64,000 nt of DNA from an uncultured Planctomycetaceae bacterium (GTDB lineage Bacteria > Planctomycetota > Phycisphaerae > SM23-33). The stretch spans positions 6,236-70,235 of the forward strand of contig CAYYMD010000006.1 in assembly GCA_964472875.1 (NCBI GenBank). Reading direction: 5' to 3'. This document shows positions 57,525 through 64,000 of this stretch, in pieces. How positions within the stretch are numbered: the stretch's first letter is position 1; every line of letters begins with the position of its first letter. The notes under the pieces are model-generated. The model was not told the origin of the DNA. It did not search any database and worked only from the letters and a program-made list of their open reading frames with translations. Position numbers and translations under genes: made by a program.

Positions 57525-58781
57525 ATGCTCGCAGAACGGATACTCACACGATTCCTCAGGGCGGAAATAAAACGCCATCTAAGCACCGTGGAAATAAAAG
57601 CCGACGCCACGTTCGTGCCCGTCCCCTCCGAACCGTGCCTGCTATATGTTCACGTGCCCTTTTGCGAACACTTATGCCCGTGGTGTTCTTTCACGCGATA
57701 CCGGTTCGAGGAAGGCCCGGCACGGGAATATTTCGAACACCTGGCGAATGAAATTCGCATGCTGGCCGAGAGGGGTTACTCGTTTTCCTCGATGTACGTC
57801 GGCGGCGGCACACCAACCGTTCTCGTGGATGAACTGTGTGAAACCATCGACCTGGCGCGGCGCCTGTTCGGCATAACCGAAGTCTCGTGCGAGACGAATC
57901 CGAACCACCTTACCGGTGAAATTTTAGAAAAACTAAGCGGGCGGGTCCGGCGGCTTTCGGTGGGCGTGCAGACATTCGACGACGAACTGCTTCGGCGCAT
58001 CCAGCGCCTGCACTACGGCGGCGGCAAAGATATACTCGATGTCATTGAGCGAGCAGCCGGGCTTTTTGACACACTCAACGCCGACCTCATCTTTAACCTG
58101 CCCGGCCAGGATGAGCGGCGGCTCCGCGAAGACATAGCCAAAATCATCGCCTCGTCCGCCAATCAGGTAACGTATTACCCGCTGATGACTTCATCGCAGG
58201 TCGGCCGCGAGATGGAAAACGCATTCGGTAAAATCGGGCATCGGCGTGAGGCGAAATTTTACGATATTATTCGGCGGGAACTGGAAGGGCCTTTCCGCCC
58301 GAGTTCCGCGTGGTGTTTCTCGCGGGAAGATGGCGGCACAAACGTCGTCGGAGAACAGACAGATATGATCGACGAATACATCGTCGATTACGACCAGTAC
58401 GTCGGCGCCGGCTGTGGTGCGTTCAGTTACCTCGACGGCGCGCTTTACGTCAACACTTTTTCACCGGATGAATATATTCGCAGAATCTCAGCCGGCCTCT
58501 CGCCGGTTCGCCTGAAGCGCCGGTTCTCGCGCCGCCGTCGCATGCAATACCGCTTTATGATGGACTTGTTTTCGCTCAAACTCGACAAGCGTGCCTTCCG
58601 CGAAACTTTCGGCGTATCAGTCGGCCGTGGCCTGTGGAAGGAAATGCTGTTCATGCGCCTGGCCGGTGCCTTCGAGCGAAACGACAGCTCGGCCATCACG
58701 CTCACGCCCAGGGGCCGCTATCTCGTCGTGGCCATGATGCGAGAATTCTTCACCGCACTGAACAATGTGCGAAGCCGCTAA
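57525..58781 (+). CDS. HemN/HemW-family radical SAM protein (coproporphyrinogen-III oxidase-like)
   Basis: 418-aa ORF. LYVHVPFCEHLCPWCSF (CxxxCxxC), YVGGGTP, and a HemN_C-like tail. Confidence 0.75.
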   Translation: MLAERILTRFLRAEIKRHLSTVEIKADATFVPVPSEPCLLYVHVPFCEHLCPWCSFTRYRFEEGPAREYFEHLANEIRMLAERGYSFSSMYVGGGTPTVLVDELCETIDLARRLFGITEVSCETNPNHLTGEILEKLSGRVRRLSVGVQTFDDELLRRIQRLHYGGGKDILDVIERAAGLFDTLNADLIFNLPGQDERRLREDIAKIIASSANQVTYYPLMTSSQVGREMENAFGKIGHRREAKFYDIIRRELEGPFRPSSAWCFSREDGGTNVVGEQTDMIDEYIVDYDQYVGAGCGAFSYLDGALYVNTFSPDEYIRRISAGLSPVRLKRRFSRRRRMQYRFMMDLFSLKLDKRAFRETFGVSVGRGLWKEMLFMRLAGAFERNDSSAITLTPRGRYLVVAMMREFFTALNNVRSR

Positions 58782-58816
58782 ATAATTCACATGCAAAATT
58801 GCATACCCCGCGATTC

Positions 58817-60217
58817 TCAAAACGCCGGTTCGCTGGCCTGGTACGATTCTGGCGCGGCGGCCTCGAAGCGTGTGCACTCGGGCAGGAACGTAAACTTCAC
58901 CAGCCCGGTGGGCCCGTTACGCTGCTTGGCAACTATCAGTTCGGTTATGCCGGTAAATTCGTGGTCGCTCTCGCCGCGATGGTAATAATCTTCGCAGTGC
59001 AGCAGCGTAATTACGTCGGCATCCTGCTCAAGCGAGCCGCTTTCGCGCAGGTCGGACATCCGCGGGCGGTGCCCCGGGCGGTCGGCCGGCGAGCGGTTCA
59101 ACTGGGCCGCGGCTATAATCGGAACGTTAAGCTCCCTTGCCAGCGCCTTTATGCCGCGTGATATCTCGGCAATCTGGGCCTGGCGGCTGTCGGCCCGGCC
59201 GTGGTACGTCATCAGCTGAAGGTAATCTATGAATATGCACTTGATTTCGTGCGATGCCGCCAGGCGCCGGGCCTTGGCCCGCAACTGGAGTATGGTCAGT
59301 TCAGCCGAATCGTCCACGTACATGGGAGAGGCCTCGAGGTCGCCTGCGGCCAGCTGGAGGTTGGTCCAGTCCTCGGCCGATATCATCCCCCGCCTCATAC
59401 GCCGCAGGTCGAACCGCGCGTGCGAAGCCAGCATTCGCTGGGCCAGTTGCTCCTTGGACATCTCCATCGAAAACACCGCCACCGGCACCTTGTCGACCAC
59501 GGCCATGTGCTCGGCGATGTTCAGCAGCATGCTGGTCTTTCCCATGGACGGGCGCGCGGCCAGGATTATCATCTCGCCGTCCTGGAAGCCGCTGGTAATC
59601 TCGTCCAGCTGGTGGTAACCGCTGGCCAGGCCGGTGATGAGTTTGCCGTCGTGCTCCTGGAGTGTTTCGAATGTCTGCTGGAGCAGGCCTTTGAGGCCCA
59701 CGGCCTGGTCGCCGACCTGCTCGGTGGCTATCTGGAAGATGCGGTTCTCGGCCCGGTCGATAACCTCCGTGGCCTCCTCGCGCGTATCGAACGCCTCGCG
59801 GACAATATCCGTTCCTGCGGTGATGAGTTCCCTCAGCAGGGCCTTGTCGCGGACGATTCTGGCGTAATATTCGGCGTTGGCGGCAGTGGGAACGCCCTCG
59901 ACGATTCCCACGAGATAATCCACCCCGCCGACCTGTTCGAGTTGCTTGCGCCGGGTGAGTTCATCCTTGAGCAGGACCAGTTCGATAGGTTTCTTGGCCT
60001 CGTGCATGTCCACGAGCGTTTCGTAAATCAGCCGGTGCGAGGGGCGGTAGAAATACTCCGGCTCGACTATCTGCACAACGATGTCGATGCTGGGTGCGTT
60101 CAGAATCATCGAGCCCAGAACGCAGACCTCGGCCTCTATAGACTGTGGCGGAACCCGGTTCAGCGCCTGGGTATCGGGCGGGGATTTTTGAGATTCGTCG
60201 CCGGCCATATCTGTCAA
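58817..60217 (-). CDS. dnaB: Replicative DNA helicase
   Basis: 466-aa ORF. PPQSIEAEVCVLGSMIL N-terminal domain. Walker A ARPSMGKTSMLLNI. LQLMT. Confidence 0.95.
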   Translation of the reverse strand: MTDMAGDESQKSPPDTQALNRVPPQSIEAEVCVLGSMILNAPSIDIVVQIVEPEYFYRPSHRLIYETLVDMHEAKKPIELVLLKDELTRRKQLEQVGGVDYLVGIVEGVPTAANAEYYARIVRDKALLRELITAGTDIVREAFDTREEATEVIDRAENRIFQIATEQVGDQAVGLKGLLQQTFETLQEHDGKLITGLASGYHQLDEITSGFQDGEMIILAARPSMGKTSMLLNIAEHMAVVDKVPVAVFSMEMSKEQLAQRMLASHARFDLRRMRRGMISAEDWTNLQLAAGDLEASPMYVDDSAELTILQLRAKARRLAASHEIKCIFIDYLQLMTYHGRADSRQAQIAEISRGIKALARELNVPIIAAAQLNRSPADRPGHRPRMSDLRESGSLEQDADVITLLHCEDYYHRGESDHEFTGITELIVAKQRNGPTGLVKFTFLPECTRFEAAAPESYQASEPAF

Positions 60218-60327
60218 TTAACCCTGCCCGCCAAAGCGGGCGCGTGTTTCAATTTCGCACATGCGGTGCGGCTGTTCACGTACAATTTACACACAACTCG
60301 GCGGCTACGCCAGTAACGAGTAGAAAT

Positions 60328-60903
60328 TTATTCTTCTTCGTCCGGCTGGGCGGATGTTTCCTCCGCACCGCCTTCCGGTTCCTCCGCGGACGAGCCCGCC
60401 CCGGGGGGCTGCTCTGTTTCGGCGGTTTCCTCGGCTTCCATGGGGGCCTCTTCGCCCTCGTGCAGCGGCGTAACCCATACGTGTATGGTGGCCTCGACCT
60501 CATTGGCGAGGCGGATGCGGACGTCGAACCGGTCGAGATGGTCTATCGGCTCGCCCATCAGCACGTTCTCCGGCTGGATGAACGTGCCTTCTTCGGCCAG
60601 CGCCGCCACTATCTGCGCCGGGCCGACCGAACCGTAAAGGTGTCCTTCCGGGTTCGCGCGGGCGGATATTGTTATCTCCTTGCCGGAAATCTCCGAGGCA
60701 AGCTGTTCTTTCTGGGCGCGCTGGCGTGCCAGTTCTTCCTGATGCTTGCGTTTTTCCTCTTCGATGGCCTTGAGGTTGCCCTCGGTTGGCTCCACGGCCA
60801 GACGCTCCGGCAGCAGGTAGTTCCTGGCGTATCCCGGCTTGACCTCCACTACGTCGCCAATCTGACCCAAATTCAGCACGTTTTGTGTCAAAAGCACCTT
60901 CAT
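60328..60903 (-). CDS. rplI: 50S ribosomal protein L9 with acidic C-terminal tail
   Basis: 191-aa ORF. MKVLLTQNVLNLGQIGDVVEVKPGYARNYLLP. Confidence 0.9.
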   Translation of the reverse strand: MKVLLTQNVLNLGQIGDVVEVKPGYARNYLLPERLAVEPTEGNLKAIEEEKRKHQEELARQRAQKEQLASEISGKEITISARANPEGHLYGSVGPAQIVAALAEEGTFIQPENVLMGEPIDHLDRFDVRIRLANEVEATIHVWVTPLHEGEEAPMEAEETAETEQPPGAGSSAEEPEGGAEETSAQPDEEE

Positions 60904-60929
60904 TCGTTATTCCTTCCTCGTGTTGCGGG

Positions 60930-61196
60930 TTAACTGACATACGGCATCAGGGCCATGTATCGGGCGCGTTTGACCGCCCGCTTGAACGACCGCTGATGTC
61001 TGGCGCAGTTTCCGCTTCGCTTGCGGGAGTACATCTTTCCCTGCTGGGTGGTCAGGCGGGTAAGGACGGAAACGTCCTTGTAGTCCACTTCCTGGACCTT
61101 GTCCCTGCAGAAACGGCACGTGGCCTCTTCCCTCATCCGCGACTTTCTTCTTCGCCTTGAACCGGAAGAGCCCGATTCTCTTCTTCTTCTGGCCAT
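60930..61196 (-). CDS. rpsR: 30S ribosomal protein S18
   Basis: 88-aa ORF. CRFCRDKVQEVDYKD...RKRSGNCARHQRSFKRAVKRARYMALMPY. Confidence 0.9.
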   Translation of the reverse strand: MARRRRESGSSGSRRRRKSRMREEATCRFCRDKVQEVDYKDVSVLTRLTTQQGKMYSRKRSGNCARHQRSFKRAVKRARYMALMPYVS

Positions 61197-61264
61197 ATTT
61201 CAACTTTCCTGAATTTCTAAGTTAAACAAATCTGCTCATCAGTCCGCCATTGTGGCGGTCCTGC

Positions 61265-61747
61265 CTAAAACGGTATGTTGTCCTGGTCCTGGTCGGGCGA
61301 GTTATCGCCGGATTCGTAATCCGGCTCGTTGTTGCCCCAGTCGCCCTTGTTCTGCTGAGGCGCGCCTCCGCCCGCCCTGGCGGCGGGGGCTCTTTGCCCG
61401 CCGGAGCGGTTGTTCTGCGCCGAGCCGAGAAACTGGAACCTCTCGACGATTATCCGATGCTTGCTGCGCCGGGAACCGTCCTTGCCTTCCCAGGTATCCA
61501 GTTGAAGGCGGCCCTCTATCAAAACGGGGCTGCCCTTGCTCATGTACTGGTTGAATGTTTCTGACTGTCGGCCGTATATCCTGCAGTCCACAAAGCACGT
61601 CTCCTCCCGCTGCTGATTATCCTGCCCCCGCCACCGGCGGTTCACCGCCAGGCCGAACTCGACCACCGGCGTCTGAGACGGCAGGTAACTCATCTGCGGG
61701 TCACGCGTAAGATTTCCAACCATGATGACTTTATTGTAATTGGCCAT
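61265..61747 (-). CDS. ssb: Single-stranded DNA-binding protein
   Basis: 160-aa ORF. NKVIMVGNLTRDP OB fold, Gly/Gln-rich linker, C-terminal DNIPF. Confidence 0.95.
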   Translation of the reverse strand: MANYNKVIMVGNLTRDPQMSYLPSQTPVVEFGLAVNRRWRGQDNQQREETCFVDCRIYGRQSETFNQYMSKGSPVLIEGRLQLDTWEGKDGSRRSKHRIIVERFQFLGSAQNNRSGGQRAPAARAGGGAPQQNKGDWGNNEPDYESGDNSPDQDQDNIPF

Positions 61748-61811
61748 TGTCTGCTCCCTGCCGGGTTAAAGACTGACCGCGCCGGCGGCCTGTCCGCCGG
61801 CGCGAATTATA

Positions 61812-62447
61812 CTATTTTTCCTGCTCTGCTTTCTCGTCGCCGGGCTTTTCGGCCGTCTCGGTAACGGCCTGGCCGGTTTCCTCGGACTGCGGGGCTTTTT
61901 CGCCTGTGCTTTCGCCGGTAGTCTCTTTGTCCGGCTTCTGCTGTTGCCCTGCTTCCTCGGCCGCCTCGGTTTTTTGCTCAGTAGGTTCTTCCTGCCCGGC
62001 CTGTTCCGCTTCACCGGTAGCGGTGGGTTTTTTCTCGGGCTTGTCTTCCTTCTTTGACTCACCCTTGCCGGCGGACCTGTCGCTGCGTTTGCGGGAGGAT
62101 TTCGTCGCAGGCGTGGGGGCGCTTATCTCATCTTCGCTGATACTGTCCCGCCGCAGCACCAGGACGCGCAAAACTTCCTCGGCCAGGCGGCAGTCGTGCT
62201 CGATCTCGCTGATCCTGGCGGGGTTGCACCGGAAATAGGTAAGCACGTACAGGCCTCGCTTGCGTGCGCCTACCTTGAATGCCAGCCGACGCTCGTCCCA
62301 CGGTTTGATGGAAATCAACTCCGCTTCGGAACGCTCCAGCAGTCCGGTGATTCTGTCCTTCACCGCCTCGAACTGCGCCTCGTCGGCGTCCATGAGGAAC
62401 ATTCCCTCGTAATTATTCATATCGTTAGTCTTCATTTGAATATTCAT
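61812..62447 (-). CDS. rpsF: 30S ribosomal protein S6 with ~110-aa low-complexity C-terminal extension
   Basis: 211-aa ORF. YEGMFLMD...IKPWDERRLAFKV. The true start is uncertain: ATG at 62447 (ATGA overlap with pth), 62435 or 62420. Confidence 0.85.
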   Translation of the reverse strand: MNIQMKTNDMNNYEGMFLMDADEAQFEAVKDRITGLLERSEAELISIKPWDERRLAFKVGARKRGLYVLTYFRCNPARISEIEHDCRLAEEVLRVLVLRRDSISEDEISAPTPATKSSRKRSDRSAGKGESKKEDKPEKKPTATGEAEQAGQEEPTEQKTEAAEEAGQQQKPDKETTGESTGEKAPQSEETGQAVTETAEKPGDEKAEQEK

Positions 62448-63073
62448 TCTCCTTCGCCACAGGTTTCCCGGGCATTATACCTGTTCATGACGTATTTAAT
62501 GCCATGAATCAGCCAGTCTTCCACGGCCTCTTCGGCCTGCTCTATTGCACGTTCCATGGTTTTCATTTCACTTTTTGCGAACTTTTTCAGCACAAATTCC
62601 GTCGCATCCGCCTCCGGCGGCAGCGGCCCGATGCCTATTCTCAGCCGCGGCAGGCATTCGTCGCTCACATCGGCGCCGACGTGGCGGATTATGTCGGCCA
62701 GGCCCTTGTGGCCGCCGGCCGATCCCTTTTCCCGGAACCTCAGCCGGCCCAGCGGAAGGGCCAAATCGTCCATCACTATCAAAACATCATGTCGGCCGGC
62801 GTCGTGGTACCGAAGCACCTGCCCGACCGCCCTGCCGGACAGATTCATATACGTAATCGGCTCCACCAGCACCGCCTCGACGTCAGTCCCCGGCGGGCGG
62901 GCGCTGCATATTGTGGCGTCGAACTTAACCTTCGGCTTATCGGCTCCCCACCGCTGCGCCAGGGCGTCCACCACTATGAATCCAACGTTGTGGCGCGTCC
63001 GCCTGTAATCCCTTCCGGGATTGCCCAGGCCGACGATAAACTTTCGCGTCGGGCGCTGGCGGGGTTGTTCCAT
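62444..63073 (-). CDS. pth: Peptidyl-tRNA hydrolase
   Basis: 209-aa ORF. GLGNPGRDYRRTRHNVGF and GGHKGL. Confidence 0.95.
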   Translation of the reverse strand: MEQPRQRPTRKFIVGLGNPGRDYRRTRHNVGFIVVDALAQRWGADKPKVKFDATICSARPPGTDVEAVLVEPITYMNLSGRAVGQVLRYHDAGRHDVLIVMDDLALPLGRLRFREKGSAGGHKGLADIIRHVGADVSDECLPRLRIGIGPLPPEADATEFVLKKFAKSEMKTMERAIEQAEEAVEDWLIHGIKYVMNRYNARETCGEGE

Positions 63074-63094
63074 AAATCAATACCGTCGGTCGTC

Positions 63095-63760
63095 TTACTG
63101 TTCTTCGCCGGCCGGCTGCTCGCCCTCTTCGCCTTCGGGCTGTTCTTCTTCGGGCTTTTCGCCGATAACTTCCGGTTCGGCGGCCTCTTCGGCAGCTTCC
63201 TCTTCCTCGGGCAGTTCTTCCTCGGTGACTATGCTCACCGTGCAGACGACGCTCTCCGGGTCGTCGGTAAGTTTGGTTTTCGCCGGAAGAGGCAGGTCTT
63301 TCATGGACAGCGAATCGCCGATGTTCATCTCCGTAACCGATACGGTGATTTCCTCGGGGATAGCCGATACCTCGCACTCGACGCCGACCTCGGCCGCTAT
63401 CTGCTGTAGCACGCCGCCTTCGTTCACGCCGGCAGGCGTTCCACGAAGTTCAATCGGCACCGTAACTTCGACCCGCTCGTGCAGAGACACTCTCGCCAGG
63501 TCAACGTGAAGAATGTCCTGACCGAACGTGTCGTACTGAACCTCTTTTATCAGTGCGTTCTGCTTCTTGCCGTCAAGGTCAACCTCCAGGAACCGCTCGC
63601 CGTGGAGTATCGCCAGTTCCACCTCGTGGGTGTTCAGCGTTATCGGCTGGGCCTCGATGCCGTGGCCGTATATCACGGCCGGTATCTTGCCCTCCTGCCG
63701 CATGGTCCGGGCCTTGCGGGTGCCAGTTTCGCTGCGTGATTTTGCTTCCAGTCGCGCCAT
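63095..63760 (-). CDS. rplY: 50S ribosomal protein L25/Ctc with acidic tail
   Basis: 221-aa ORF. RKARTMRQEGKIPAVIYGHG. Confidence 0.9.
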   Translation of the reverse strand: MARLEAKSRSETGTRKARTMRQEGKIPAVIYGHGIEAQPITLNTHEVELAILHGERFLEVDLDGKKQNALIKEVQYDTFGQDILHVDLARVSLHERVEVTVPIELRGTPAGVNEGGVLQQIAAEVGVECEVSAIPEEITVSVTEMNIGDSLSMKDLPLPAKTKLTDDPESVVCTVSIVTEEELPEEEEAAEEAAEPEVIGEKPEEEQPEGEEGEQPAGEEQ

Positions 63761-63817
63761 TACATTTTCTCCAGTTTGTGCCGATTGCTCCCGTCGCCGG
63801 CCTTCTCCGCGCCGCCG

Positions 63818-64000
63818 TCACATGGAAAACAATCTGCTTACCGATTCGTTGTTGTGAATCCTGTGTATCGCCTCGCCGATAAGTTCCGATATCGGCAGAA
63901 CCTTAAGTTTCCCTATCGCGTCCACCTTTTCCTGCGGTATCGCAACAGTATCCGTCACTATAACCTCGTCTATAGGCGCCTCGCGGAGCCGGTCGACCGC
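63818..64000 (-). CDS. prs: Ribose-phosphate pyrophosphokinase, C-terminal 60 codons (gene continues past right edge)
   Basis: Own translation of the reverse strand: AVDRLREAPIDEVIVTDTVAIPQEKVDAIGKLKVLPISELIGEAIHRIHNNESVSRLFSM*. The prs, rplY, pth order is typical. Confidence 0.8.
   Translation of the reverse strand, partial: AVDRLREAPIDEVIVTDTVAIPQEKVDAIGKLKVLPISELIGEAIHRIHNNESVSRLFSM

Noticed and set aside
59201-60316. 371-aa plus-strand ORF
   Set aside because: It is completely antisense to dnaB, has a low-complexity His/Gly/Leu/Arg-rich sequence, and has no SD or domain motifs.
62504-63409. 301-aa plus-strand ORF, and similar long antisense ORFs (50512..51264, 43800..44396, 34041..34778, 25197..25931, 22128..22886, 29485..30273)
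   Set aside because: Each lies opposite a gene with strong family signatures (pth/rplY, sulfatases, pckG, gltX, lepA, antiporter). None shows motifs, signal peptides or an SD.
1-64000. CRISPR arrays, rRNA genes, prophage or defence-island content
   Set aside because: A scan by eye found no regularly spaced direct repeats, no rRNA-like conserved stretches, and no clusters of nuclease, ATPase or methylase genes of unknown function. The accessory content is limited to the glycan locus and one IS remnant.

Overview
A 64-kb, moderately GC-rich bacterial chromosomal segment that is densely coding (about 55 protein genes, 1 tRNA, no rRNA, no CRISPR, no intact mobile element). Several traits suggest a polysaccharide-degrading member of the PVC group (Planctomycetota or Kiritimatiellota-like): five Tat-signal Cys-type sulfatases, GTP-dependent PEPCK, ribosomal proteins with long acidic tails, and both GluRS and GlnRS. 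This taxonomic placement is inference only. Content from left to right: (1) Minus-strand array rrf2, sulfite reductase, APS/PAPS reductase, cusC, cusB, cusA; cusA runs off the left edge and was found only by hand translation. (2) Divergent larE-like and thi4 genes, driven from a 34-bp palindrome that encodes exact consensus promoters on both strands. (3) tRNA-Arg(UCU), DUF167, leuD, pyrF, a Zn-ADH, a GAF/HD-GYP protein, an orphan RACo-like ferredoxin-ATPase, a beta-CASP RNase, and an SSS symporter with a large insertion. (4) An IS110 transposase remnant, then lepA, thpR, a PfkB kinase, and divergent gltX/glnS. (5) A CPA2 antiporter fused to a PTS-EIIA domain, a Y-family polymerase, an HMGL-like aldolase, pckG, nadD, a candidate sRNA, coaD and ykgJ. 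(6) A 16-kb minus-strand glycan locus with 2 GH32, 5 sulfatases, an SGNH acetylesterase, ubiE and a large secreted hypothetical protein. (7) yidD-rnpA, a TPR lipoprotein and two radical-SAM enzymes (NirJ/Ahb-like and HemN/HemW-like). (8) The conserved dnaB, rplI, rpsR, ssb, rpsF, pth, rplY, prs block. The most interesting observations are: the bidirectional consensus-promoter palindrome linking sulfide production to two sulfur-donor-type enzymes (Fe-S-type LarE-like and Cys-type Thi4); a promoter-to-terminator candidate sRNA whose two hairpin loops mimic the anti-Shine-Dalgarno sequence; the GH32/sulfatase/esterase locus, including a GH32 paralogue that lacks the canonical acid/base Glu; the antiporter-EIIA fusion; and an unannotated 23-codon hydrophobic peptide gene with its own promoter and strong SD. 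I found no obvious defence or toxin system.
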